Below are positions 27,011-36,454 of a DNA stretch of 58,814 nucleotides, one piece after another. Both the position numbers and the translations under genes were made by a program. Below the pieces are notes generated by a model. It saw only the letters and a list, made by a program, of their open reading frames with translations. It was not told where the DNA came from and made no database searches. Position 1 is the first letter of the stretch. The number at the start of each line of letters is the position of its first letter. The stretch covers positions 1 through 58,814 of IMG/VR virus record IMGVR_UViG_3300044679_000035, one strand, 5' to 3'. Origin of the DNA: a virus. Lineage: Duplodnaviria; Caudoviricetes.

Positions 27011-27640
27011 GTGGCACCCCTTCAAACACCGGAGCAACTCTGCAACGCCGCTCTCGCGCGCATCGGCTACAAGGAGCGCATCGGGAACCTGTACGAGGGC
27101 TCGATGGCGTCCAAGGTCGCGCTGCAACTCTATGCGGAGACGCGCGACGAAAAGCTGGCATCGTTCGAGTGGGGATTTGCAGAACGTAATGCCCAACTCG
27201 CATTGCTGAAATCGGCTCCGGTCGGCGGTTACATTCCACCTGCGGTCTGGAACCCGGCACAGAACCCGCCGCTGGGATGGAGTTACGAATTTGCCTATCC
27301 GGGCGACTGTCTCAAGGTGCGCTCGCTGCGGGTGCAGCTATTCTTCACGCCAGACTACGATCCGAAACCCGTCGAGTTCCGCATCGTGCAGGACAACACG
27401 CTGGCGACACCCGCAAAGGTCATCCTCTGCAACATCAATCCGGCATTCGTGGTCTACACCGCGCAGGTCACAAATCCGCTGGCGTGGGAGCCGGGATTCG
27501 TCGAAACACTGATCGACGCGCTCTCCAAAACCTTCGCACCCGCGCTCGCGAGAGTCGATCAGGCCGGATTCGAGGCTGAGAAAGCCGGGGCCGCGATGGA
27601 AGGCGCAGAAGCCGGACAGGCGGAAGCGAGGCTGGGATGA
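27011..27640 (+). CDS. tail adaptor / tubular protein A paralog 3
   Basis: 'PEQLCNAALARIGYK..IGNLYEGS...WGFAE...YEFAYPGDCLKVR...VYTAQVTNP..W'. Confidence 0.8.
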   Translation: MAPLQTPEQLCNAALARIGYKERIGNLYEGSMASKVALQLYAETRDEKLASFEWGFAERNAQLALLKSAPVGGYIPPAVWNPAQNPPLGWSYEFAYPGDCLKVRSLRVQLFFTPDYDPKPVEFRIVQDNTLATPAKVILCNINPAFVVYTAQVTNPLAWEPGFVETLIDALSKTFAPALARVDQAGFEAEKAGAAMEGAEAGQAEARLG

Positions 27641-28545
27641 CGAAGCCGCTTGCTATTGACCTCTGCTGCGGCCTTTTTGGCTGGTCATCTGGCCTGGTCG
27701 CGGAAGGCTGGGAGGTAATTGGGGTTGACCTTGAAGACATGCACGCGAAATTTGGTATCCCGCGACCGCCGGAATACCGGTTGATTATCCAGGATATTCT
27801 CACGCTGCGCGGCTCGCAATTCAGGAACGCCGACCTGATCGTCGCATCACCGCCCTGTCAAAAATATTCGTGGATGGCGATGCCGTGGAAGCGCGCGAAG
27901 GCCGCAGCGGCGGCAATCCGTGCCGACGAAACAGGACAGATGCTGGCCGACCTGAACCGGCTCTTCGACGCCTGCTTCCGCATCCAAGCCGAAGCGTCGC
28001 TTGCCGCCGGTCGCCATATCCCCATGATTGTCGAGAATGTCAGAGGTGCGCAGCCGTGGGTCGGACGGGCTCGACATAACTTCGGATCGTTCTATTTGTG
28101 GGGCGATGTGCCAGCCCTCATGCCGAGAGCGGAGAGGGCGCAGAAGTTCAATCCTGACGGCACGGCTCACGGTCCCGGGTCGTGGTTTGCGATTGCCGAT
28201 AGCAAAAATCGCGGCGCGAACGGTCAGAAGAATCCAGGGTTTCGGTTCGACGGCAGCGGGCGCAGTTTCCAAACCGAAAGCGTTGCGCGCCATTGCGGGA
28301 CGAAAGTTCCGACGCAAAGTGCCGGGCGCAGTCCTGCGCCCGGCACTGGCGAGCGGTTCACGTCTCGGGACTGTGGCACGAAAAACGGGAACGATTGGTT
28401 TGGGGCGGGCGAGGATTGCAGCTTGCAGCGCCGTCAAGGATCGAAGTCAATTGGTCGAAAAGCGGCCAGCGCCATGATCGCGAAAATCCCGGAGCCATTG
28501 TCTCGTTACATCGCAACTACGTTCAAGCCGCGCGAGGCTGCATGA
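27637..28545 (+). CDS. C5-cytosine DNA methyltransferase-like protein (divergent)
   Basis: 'IDLCCGLFGW' (motif I-like), 'ASPPCQ' (IV), 'IVENV' (VI). Confidence 0.75.
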   Translation: MTKPLAIDLCCGLFGWSSGLVAEGWEVIGVDLEDMHAKFGIPRPPEYRLIIQDILTLRGSQFRNADLIVASPPCQKYSWMAMPWKRAKAAAAAIRADETGQMLADLNRLFDACFRIQAEASLAAGRHIPMIVENVRGAQPWVGRARHNFGSFYLWGDVPALMPRAERAQKFNPDGTAHGPGSWFAIADSKNRGANGQKNPGFRFDGSGRSFQTESVARHCGTKVPTQSAGRSPAPGTGERFTSRDCGTKNGNDWFGAGEDCSLQRRQGSKSIGRKAASAMIAKIPEPLSRYIATTFKPREAA

Positions 28546-29468
28546 GCGGAACCCCGGCATCCTTGGTCAATAGAGCCCTCGATCAGCTCGGCAGACCGGA
28601 GCTTGCGCTCGGAGAATTGGAAGAGGGTACCGAAGGCGCCAAGCCTGCGCTTCGTGCCTATGGTCCAGCCGTGCGCCAGTTGCACCGCGTCGCGCATTGG
28701 GACTTCGCCCGGAAACAGGCACCCCTCCTCATGCTCGGCGATGCGACCGGGCAAACGCCGAATGTTGGCAAGAAAGTGTTGGCCCCATTTTGTTATGAGT
28801 ACGCATTACCAATCGACTGCATGAAAATGCGTTTCGTGCCGTGGAACTCCAATCCGCAGCAACCAAACCCGCCGATCATGACGGGGCTCGGGCAGCAACC
28901 GCTCAATGCCGTCCGCCTGAGACCTGCCCCGTTCCTGCTGTCGCTCGATTATAATTATCCAGTCGAGACCGGGAACGCCATCGTTGCGCAAGGAATACCG
29001 GACTGGGCGAACTGCACCGGGACCGGGCCGCAGCAGCGCACCGTGATCCTGACGAATGTCCCGCCGCAGCCGCAGACCAATGCGCCCGTCGTCATGCCGT
29101 GTGCCGTCTACACATGCCTTGTCGTCTATCCGAGCCAGTGGGATTCGCTGTTCGAGCAGGCGCTTGTAAATTATCTGGTCCAGCTTCTCGCGATGGCTTT
29201 GGTCAAGGGCACGATTGCGGAGAAGCGGGCCGTCAGGGATGACGCAATCAAGATCGCGAAAGGGATGATCGAGGAAGCCCGCGCGACCAACGCAAATGAA
29301 AGCGGCTATCCCCAAACGACTTCGCATACGCCAGATTGGATCAGCGCCCGAAACCAAGGAGGAGGGAATTACGGCGGATGGGGGGGTAGCTACGACGGCT
29401 ACAGCGGGCCGGGGATACTGTGGGGCGGCTATGATTCGGTGGCGTGGTCAGATGGAAGCGTGTATTGA
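28542..29468 (+). CDS. tail adaptor / tubular protein A paralog 4
   Basis: 'LVNRALDQLG...HWDFARK...YEYALPIDCMKMR...WDSLFEQALV..L'. Confidence 0.75.
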   Translation: MSGTPASLVNRALDQLGRPELALGELEEGTEGAKPALRAYGPAVRQLHRVAHWDFARKQAPLLMLGDATGQTPNVGKKVLAPFCYEYALPIDCMKMRFVPWNSNPQQPNPPIMTGLGQQPLNAVRLRPAPFLLSLDYNYPVETGNAIVAQGIPDWANCTGTGPQQRTVILTNVPPQPQTNAPVVMPCAVYTCLVVYPSQWDSLFEQALVNYLVQLLAMALVKGTIAEKRAVRDDAIKIAKGMIEEARATNANESGYPQTTSHTPDWISARNQGGGNYGGWGGSYDGYSGPGILWGGYDSVAWSDGSVY

Positions 29469-32400
29469 GCACGCCTTTCATCCTGCCTTCATTCGCCGCC
29501 GGAGAACTCGCGCCGTCGATGTATGGCCGTGTCGATCTGGCGAAGTTTCATATAGGTCTGGCAACGGGCAGGAATGTGTTCGTCGGATTCCGCGGCGGCG
29601 TCTATTCCCGCGCCGGAACCGCTCTCTGCAACTACTCCAAGCAGACCGGGCGCAATGTTCCGCCGCGCACGGTCGCATTCCAGTTCTCCGCGCTTCAGGG
29701 CCTCTGCCTTGAGTTCGGCAATCTCTACATGCGCGTCTTCTCCAACGGGCAGGCCGTCACCGAGTCGCCCACGGACATCTCCGCGATCACGCAAGCCAAT
29801 CCCGGCGTCGTCACGGACACCGGGCACGGTTATTCCAATGGCGACTGGGTTTATCTGTCAGGCATCGGCGGGATGACGGAATTGAACGGTCGCACGCTGG
29901 TCGTGGCCGGCGCGACCACAAACACGTTCACGCTCACCGATGTTTTCGACAACGCGATCGACACGACGGCATACGCCGCCTACACCAGCGGGGGTACCGC
30001 AGCGCGCATCTATACCCTGACGACGCCCTATTCCGAGGTCGATCTGCGCTGGCTGAAATTCACGGAGAGCGACGATGCCGTCACGATCTGCGGCTGGAAT
30101 CAGGCGACGGGCGCCAATTACCCGCCCTACGCCCTGTCGAGGTCCGCTGACGATAGCTGGACGCTGACGGAACTGACATTCGGCTCCGTGATCGCGGCGC
30201 CGGCGACATGCACCGGAGCGGCCAGCAACATCTACGGCGGCAGCGGGTCACCTAACAACAAGCCGACCGATTATCAGTACGTCGCGACCGCCGTCGATTT
30301 CAATACCGGGCAGGAAAGTCAGGCATCGCCGATTGCGAATATCCCGAATTCGGTGGACATCGCCCTTTCTGCCGGCTCAATCAGTCTGACTTGCGCCCCT
30401 GTGACCGGCGCTTATTACTATAACTTCTATCAGGCACCCCCGGCCTACAACGGTACCGTTCCGGATGGCAGCCTGTTCGGCTACATCGGAACCAATTTCG
30501 GACCAAGCTTTGTCGATACCAACATCGAGGCCGATCTCTCTCAGGTTCCTCCGCTCCACAATGATCCTTTTGCGCCGGGGCAGATATTCGCCATCGAAGT
30601 GACGAACCCGGGTTCCGGACTGGAATCCGTGACGTGGACAATCGGGATAGGGACGGCAGCCGGCGTCGGAACCGGATTCGAGGGCTATCCGATCATCGTC
30701 AACCAGCAGCTTCTCGGATTCTTTGTCACCGACAACGGCACCGGATACCAGGTCGGCAATACGATCACTTTCGACGGTGCCGCCTTCGCGACGGGCACGC
30801 TGACCTTTGCCGCGCAACCGACGGCAGGTGACACCATCGGACTGGGAGTGCTGCCCGCCGTGACGTGGACCTTTGTCGCGACGCGCGGCGGCTCCAACCA
30901 GACCGTCATCCAGGATAACTTGGCCGACACCCTGATCCAGCTCGCGACCGATCTCTCCAATTCCGCAGTTCCCGACATCGCGGCTGCCAATTACGTCGCG
31001 ACATCGGGCACCGTTTTGACGATCCAGTACGGGACGGCGGGGATAGGGGGAAATTCCTACACGCTGGCGACATCGAGCGCGAACGTCACTCTTTCCGGTG
31101 CCACTCTCAGCGGCGGCAGCGGCAGTTCCGGCACGGCACCCTCCGCGGTGCTCTCCATCGGCCCGCTGCTCGGCACCTATCCAAGCGTCCCGGCCTATTT
31201 TCAGGAACGCTTGGCGCTGATGGCGACCCCGAACCAGCCGGACACCTATCGGTTCTCGCAGCCCGGAAAGTTCAACAATTTCGACAGCCGCGTCCCTCCG
31301 GTGGACAGCGACGCCATCACAGGAACTCCATGGGCCGTCGAGGTCAACGGAATCCAGTGGGGCATCCCGATGCCGGGCGGACTCGTTGTGCTGACCGGTC
31401 TCGAAGCGTGGCAGCTCACCGGCGCCGGGGGCTCTGCGATCAATCCGCAGCCGATTACGCCGTCGAGCCAGCAGGCCCAGCCACAAGCCTATAATGGCTG
31501 CTCCGCGATCATCGCGCCGCTGAAAATCGACGCCGATATCCTCTACGCGCAGACCCAAAACCAGCAATGGTTCGATCTGGCGTATCAATACTGGGTCAAC
31601 ATCTACACCGGCGCCGACCTGACTTTCATTTCGCCGCACCTCTTCGCGAACTATCAAATCTGGGATCGGGCCTGGTGTCAGGTGCCGAACCGGATTCTCT
31701 GGAGCGTGAGAAACGACGGTATCCTTCTCAGCCTGACCTATTACAAGCAGCAGGATGTCATGGGATGGACGCGGCACGATACCAGCGGACAGGTCTGGAG
31801 CGTTGCTTCCGTGACGGAGCCGCCGGTCGATGCGCTTTATCTGGCGACGTCGCGCTTCACCTATGGCGGCGAAGCCTATTTCATCGAGCGCATGGACAAC
31901 CGGATATGGACGGCTTCCGAAAATACGTGGTGTGTCGATTGCGCGCTGTCGAGCCTGTCATCGTTCGCCTATCCCGACGCCATTCTCAGCGTCACGGCAG
32001 GCGGCGCGAATGGCCTCGGTATCCCGACCGGCGTCACGGGACTCGTCGGAGGGTCCGGCTATTCGGCGGCGACGGCCGGCAGCATCGTCGATCCGACCGG
32101 CTCCGGTTGCGTGGTCAATCTCACCATCGTGGCCGGAGTCATTACCGCAGTCGGCTTTACCGGCGGCACGAATTACACCTATCCGCAGCTTGTTTTTAAT
32201 GATCCAAACGGCACCGGAGAAGGAGCGTCGGCGACGGTCACGCTGAACAACGGCGCGACATTCTTGGCCTCGGCCGCCGTGTTCTCCGGCGGCGACGTCG
32301 GCTCCGCGATCAGGATGGGTGGCGGTCGCGCCATCATCACGACGGTAAATTCCTCCACGACGGTTACCGCAACGATTGTCGCCCCAATCGTGCAGGTCAA

Positions 32401-33085
32401 TCCCGAGGGCGGCATGCTGCCGTTCCCGGCGCAGTCCGGCTCCTGGAGCATGGCGCCGCAGTCGACCAGCTTCGGCGGCCTCTGGCACCTCGAAGGCCTC
32501 GGCGTCATCGGAATCGCGGACGGAATCCCGGTCGGTCCCCTCACGGTGCAGCCCGACGGCACCGTGACGCTGCCTTTCGCGGCCAGCTACGTCACGCTGG
32601 GGTTCGGGTTCACCCCGCAGGTTCAGTCCCTGATGACGGATTTCGGGCAGCCGACTTCACAGGGGCGCCGCAAGAAAATTTCCGCGATCTCGGCGCGGCT
32701 GGAGGCTTCCGGGGCCGATTTCATCATTGCCGGGGCCAACCAGCCCGATGGATCCGCACAGAGCCCGCCGGAGGTCACGATTGCATGGCCCGGCATGACC
32801 GCAGAAGTCCAGTTGCCGCCTAATCAGGGCAGGCCGCCCTACGGCAGTTCGGTCGATCCGCTTTTCACCGGAGACGTCCGTGTGGCTGTCGCTGGCGGGT
32901 TCCAGAAACCGGGACAGGTTGCTCTGCAGCAGACCGTTCCGCTTCCGATGAACCTGCTGGCCTTCATGCCGGAAATTTTAGAAGGAGATGAGCCACAGGA
33001 GCAGCCAGTTCAGGAGCCGGGCGGCGTCAAGCGGTTCTCGTGGGGGGCGTCGCAACTGCTGGGCCGGCAGAGGCGCGCGGCGTGA
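29444..33085 (+). CDS. tail nozzle / tubular protein B (T7 gp12 / P22 gp10-like)
   Basis: 'SFAAGELAPSMYGRVDL...N.....GG...RAGT', 'YPS...YFQERL', 'QDVMGWTRH', 'GLWHLEG'; start may be slightly downstream. Confidence 0.88.
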   Translation: MVRWKRVLSTPFILPSFAAGELAPSMYGRVDLAKFHIGLATGRNVFVGFRGGVYSRAGTALCNYSKQTGRNVPPRTVAFQFSALQGLCLEFGNLYMRVFSNGQAVTESPTDISAITQANPGVVTDTGHGYSNGDWVYLSGIGGMTELNGRTLVVAGATTNTFTLTDVFDNAIDTTAYAAYTSGGTAARIYTLTTPYSEVDLRWLKFTESDDAVTICGWNQATGANYPPYALSRSADDSWTLTELTFGSVIAAPATCTGAASNIYGGSGSPNNKPTDYQYVATAVDFNTGQESQASPIANIPNSVDIALSAGSISLTCAPVTGAYYYNFYQAPPAYNGTVPDGSLFGYIGTNFGPSFVDTNIEADLSQVPPLHNDPFAPGQIFAIEVTNPGSGLESVTWTIGIGTAAGVGTGFEGYPIIVNQQLLGFFVTDNGTGYQVGNTITFDGAAFATGTLTFAAQPTAGDTIGLGVLPAVTWTFVATRGGSNQTVIQDNLADTLIQLATDLSNSAVPDIAAANYVATSGTVLTIQYGTAGIGGNSYTLATSSANVTLSGATLSGGSGSSGTAPSAVLSIGPLLGTYPSVPAYFQERLALMATPNQPDTYRFSQPGKFNNFDSRVPPVDSDAITGTPWAVEVNGIQWGIPMPGGLVVLTGLEAWQLTGAGGSAINPQPITPSSQQAQPQAYNGCSAIIAPLKIDADILYAQTQNQQWFDLAYQYWVNIYTGADLTFISPHLFANYQIWDRAWCQVPNRILWSVRNDGILLSLTYYKQQDVMGWTRHDTSGQVWSVASVTEPPVDALYLATSRFTYGGEAYFIERMDNRIWTASENTWCVDCALSSLSSFAYPDAILSVTAGGANGLGIPTGVTGLVGGSGYSAATAGSIVDPTGSGCVVNLTIVAGVITAVGFTGGTNYTYPQLVFNDPNGTGEGASATVTLNNGATFLASAAVFSGGDVGSAIRMGGGRAIITTVNSSTTVTATIVAPIVQVNPEGGMLPFPAQSGSWSMAPQSTSFGGLWHLEGLGVIGIADGIPVGPLTVQPDGTVTLPFAASYVTLGFGFTPQVQSLMTDFGQPTSQGRRKKISAISARLEASGADFIIAGANQPDGSAQSPPEVTIAWPGMTAEVQLPPNQGRPPYGSSVDPLFTGDVRVAVAGGFQKPGQVALQQTVPLPMNLLAFMPEILEGDEPQEQPVQEPGGVKRFSWGASQLLGRQRRAA

Positions 33086-33137
33086 TGTGGCGGAGCCGGG
33101 TGCTGCCGGAGTCGACCCGAATGCACATGGGTGATCA

Positions 33138-33656
33138 TTGATGGTCGCCATCGTCACCGTCGAGGCCAAGCCGCATCACTGCGGGCAGGCCGTCCACCGG
33201 CTCCGGCCGGCACACCGCAGGGCGCTCGCGCTGACCGGACGCCATGCCCACCGCGAACTCAGGTGCCTCTTCGAACAGTCCGCGCGGGCCTATGCGCTGA
33301 TCGCGGATGGTCGCTTGGCTTGCCTGTGGGGCGTGCAGGGCTCGCTTCTGGACCCCCGCGGCTATGTCTGGATGGCGCTCACGGAAACCGCGCTCCTGTA
33401 TCCTCGGCAGACCGTGCGCGAGGCAAAGCGGCGTTTGCTGGAATGCGCGGCATGGTATCACGAGCTTGCCACAACGATTCTCGGCGAGGATCGCGCTGGC
33501 CTGTCCTTCGCGCTGGCCCTCGGCTTTCACGCCCGGGACGACGAACCGGAGACCGACAGGCGGAGACTTGTCGCAAAGCTTCTGGCGGACGAAAGCTTGC
33601 GGATTCCGGTTGGTGCGACTTTTGTGCTACCGCTGGGCTGGCACGCGAAGGGGTAG
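33138..33656 (+). CDS. T7 gp13-like / GNAT-fold protein
   Basis: Position after nozzle; 'ADGRLACLWGV...GYVWM...FALALGF'. Confidence 0.55.
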   Translation: MMVAIVTVEAKPHHCGQAVHRLRPAHRRALALTGRHAHRELRCLFEQSARAYALIADGRLACLWGVQGSLLDPRGYVWMALTETALLYPRQTVREAKRRLLECAAWYHELATTILGEDRAGLSFALALGFHARDDEPETDRRRLVAKLLADESLRIPVGATFVLPLGWHAKG

Positions 33657-33662
33657 CCGGGC

Positions 33663-34205
33663 ATGAGCTTCATTACCTCAACGGCCGGACTGCTATCAGG
33701 GAGCTTGGAAGCGGCCGGCGGCCTCTTCAAAGGCGTCGGCAGCATCGGATCCGGCTACGCCTCGGCCAACGCTGCTGATTACAATGCCGAAATCGCGCGC
33801 CAGAGTGCGGCCAATGCCAGCGAAGCCGGCCAGTCCCAAGCCACCGTCGAGAGCCTCAAGGGGGCCGATGTTCTCGGCAACGTGAAGGCATCCCAAGCGG
33901 CCAACAACATCGATGTCGACTCCGGCTCGGCGCTCAAGGTTCAGCAGGGCGCGCGCGCGGCCAGCGTCTACAATACCGAAAGCGTCGAGAACAACGCGCT
34001 GCTTGCCGCTTACGGCTACAAGAACACGGCGGCGCTCGATACCGAAGAGGCCCAGGAGGACATCACGGCCGGGTACATCGGGGCCGGGGGAGACGTTCTC
34101 ACCGGCGCGAGTTCGCTTGCCGGTCCTCTGGCTGCGATGCAGAATCCCGCAAATGATGGTGGCACTGCGGCGGGAGACGGCGGCTACACCGGGCTTGGCG
34201 AATAA
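33663..34205 (+). CDS. internal virion (ejection) protein, small
   Basis: Gly/Ala-rich, 'ANAADYNA.IA.Q.A', 'AANNIDVDSGSA'. Confidence 0.7.
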   Translation: MSFITSTAGLLSGSLEAAGGLFKGVGSIGSGYASANAADYNAEIARQSAANASEAGQSQATVESLKGADVLGNVKASQAANNIDVDSGSALKVQQGARAASVYNTESVENNALLAAYGYKNTAALDTEEAQEDITAGYIGAGGDVLTGASSLAGPLAAMQNPANDGGTAAGDGGYTGLGE

Positions 34206-36454
34206 TGGCGCGCGTCGAAGGCAGCGTTGGTATCCCGGATGTCGCACCGCAGATCGAGGGCGAGCGCGTACAGGCCAATCCGGAACAGGCCGGCGCACAG
34301 GTCGGGCAGGCGCTTCAAGGCGCCGGGACCGCTGCGATCGACGCCGGCAAGCTGTACGGACAGGTCGCCGCCGATCAGGCCAATAACGAATACATGGACA
34401 GCGCCACGGCGATCCGGGCGCACATGCGCAGCCTCCGCGGTCAGGACGCCATCACGTATCTGCCCGAAGCCCAGCAGCAGCTCGACAATCTTTATAAAAC
34501 CACCAAGGCCAAGCTCTGGACAACCGAATCGCAGCTATCCTTCGATCAGGATTCCCGCCGGACTCGCGCGCTGATTTCAGGCGATATTCAGGACTACGCC
34601 TCGGGGCAGCATCTGGATTGGGCAAAATCGGTTAACGACACCGGGATATCCTTCTGGAAGGGGCAGGCTGCGGTCGCGGCGCAGAGCGGCGATCAGTTGC
34701 TTTCCGCGATGGCCCTGCATCACCTGCGCACCTATTACGGGCAAAATGCCGATCTCGTTTTCGGCCAGGCGACTGATTCCGGAACGCCGCAAGGGCAGGC
34801 GAAACTTCAATATCTGAACCAAGCGGACGCCGAGTTCGCAAAGTCGCAGTTCAACGCCATCGTCGATAAAGATCCGGTGCGCGCCCAGAAAATTCTGGAT
34901 CAAAACGCCGGCGTTCTCGGAAGCGATCCAGACTACGACCGGATGCTCCGCGAGGCCAAAACGCAACTGGTCGAGTCCAATATCACCCCAATTGTTGACA
35001 GCCATATCAGTGCCGCGCTTTCGCAGGCACAGGCAGCGTCATCCGGGCAGGCGCAGGCGGGCGCTTCCAACGCGAACAATCTTGGAAATGTGAAGGATGC
35101 GACCGGCGGCTTCGCGGCCCCCGCGACTCCCGTCGATGGGGCCGTTCTCGCGGCGAACACGCTGCGCACCGGCTACCGTGGGCTGACGCTTGAACAGATT
35201 GCCGCGAAGTGGGCTCCGGCATCGGACCACAACAACCCGGCTCAATGGGCGGCGAATGTCAGTCGAGTGTCGGGCATTTCGGTCAACGGCACGCCGAATC
35301 TGGACGATCCGAAACAACTCAGTGCAGTCCTGCATGGAATTACCGTTGCGGAAAAGAGCGGTGCCGATCAGGGAAAATTCACTCCGGAAATAATCAATCA
35401 GGGCGTGACGGCGGCGCTCTCGGGCCAAAAACCGACATTGCGCGCCGCCGCCTGGTGGAGCGGCGCGCATCTCAGCATCCCCGATCAGTTGCGGCTCAAC
35501 GAAACGGCATTCCTCGACGGCGTCCGCAAGGATGCCAAGGCAAAATTCGGTGACCAATACCCTGACGCCGTGGAACGTACCGTGACGTCGGCGCAGCGGC
35601 AGTACGAGCAGAGGTTCAGCCAGCAGGAACAGCAGTACACCGTGGCGTCCCACATCGTGCAGATCGCGATGGTCGACAATCACTATATCTCAGAAGCGCA
35701 GCTTTTGCGAGACCCGCAAGCCGGGCCAGCATGGGAGATAATGAAAATCAATGATCCTTGGCACGCGGGAGCTATTGAGAATGTGTTCAACGCCAACGCT
35801 CGCGGGAAAGCGGTCAATTACGGCACGGATTTCGGCTCCCTGCTGGATCGTGTGCTGGCACCCCGCGGGGCGCCGTCGCGGCTCAATGATCCGTCGTCAA
35901 CGTGGGACTATGTTACGCCCGGTGAAGATGGACCGCTGACGAACACCGGCAATACTGTGCTCGCCGGACTGATGAAAATGCGTGAGTCGCCGAAAGGGGA
36001 GGCAAACGCGACGTTGCTGCGCAACTTCTTCCGCGAGGCTCATACGCTGCTGTCGCGCCAAGACCCGAATCTCGGTTTTTATGATCCGAAGGGGGAGACC
36101 GCGTACAACCGATTCATCGCTGGTGCGCTCCCGATGATCGAAGTCGCGATGGCTCAGCATGAACCTCTTTCCGCCATTCTCGCGCCGAAGGGCGATGTCT
36201 ACAATTCGATATTTCAGTACAAGCGCAAGCCCGGCCAGGACATGGCGGACCGCATCCAAGACCCCAATAATCCGATGGTGCAGGCGGCAAACCAGACCGA
36301 CGATCAGCGCGCTCAAGCACAAGCCGATCTGAAGGCCCGCTACGCCAAGGCCAAGACACCGGATGAAAAGGCCGCGATCGCTCAGGAAGGCATTCAGCGC
36401 GGCTGGATCGCGGCACCACAGGCACCGAAGCCAGAGGTTCAGTGGCCGCAATGA
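34205..36454 (+). CDS. internal virion (ejection) protein with putative peptidoglycan-hydrolase domain
   Basis: Central 'NNLGNVK...ATPVDG...TLEQIAAKWAP..DHNN...WAANV' lysozyme-like motif set. Confidence 0.65.
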   Translation: MARVEGSVGIPDVAPQIEGERVQANPEQAGAQVGQALQGAGTAAIDAGKLYGQVAADQANNEYMDSATAIRAHMRSLRGQDAITYLPEAQQQLDNLYKTTKAKLWTTESQLSFDQDSRRTRALISGDIQDYASGQHLDWAKSVNDTGISFWKGQAAVAAQSGDQLLSAMALHHLRTYYGQNADLVFGQATDSGTPQGQAKLQYLNQADAEFAKSQFNAIVDKDPVRAQKILDQNAGVLGSDPDYDRMLREAKTQLVESNITPIVDSHISAALSQAQAASSGQAQAGASNANNLGNVKDATGGFAAPATPVDGAVLAANTLRTGYRGLTLEQIAAKWAPASDHNNPAQWAANVSRVSGISVNGTPNLDDPKQLSAVLHGITVAEKSGADQGKFTPEIINQGVTAALSGQKPTLRAAAWWSGAHLSIPDQLRLNETAFLDGVRKDAKAKFGDQYPDAVERTVTSAQRQYEQRFSQQEQQYTVASHIVQIAMVDNHYISEAQLLRDPQAGPAWEIMKINDPWHAGAIENVFNANARGKAVNYGTDFGSLLDRVLAPRGAPSRLNDPSSTWDYVTPGEDGPLTNTGNTVLAGLMKMRESPKGEANATLLRNFFREAHTLLSRQDPNLGFYDPKGETAYNRFIAGALPMIEVAMAQHEPLSAILAPKGDVYNSIFQYKRKPGQDMADRIQDPNNPMVQAANQTDDQRAQAQADLKARYAKAKTPDEKAAIAQEGIQRGWIAAPQAPKPEVQWPQ

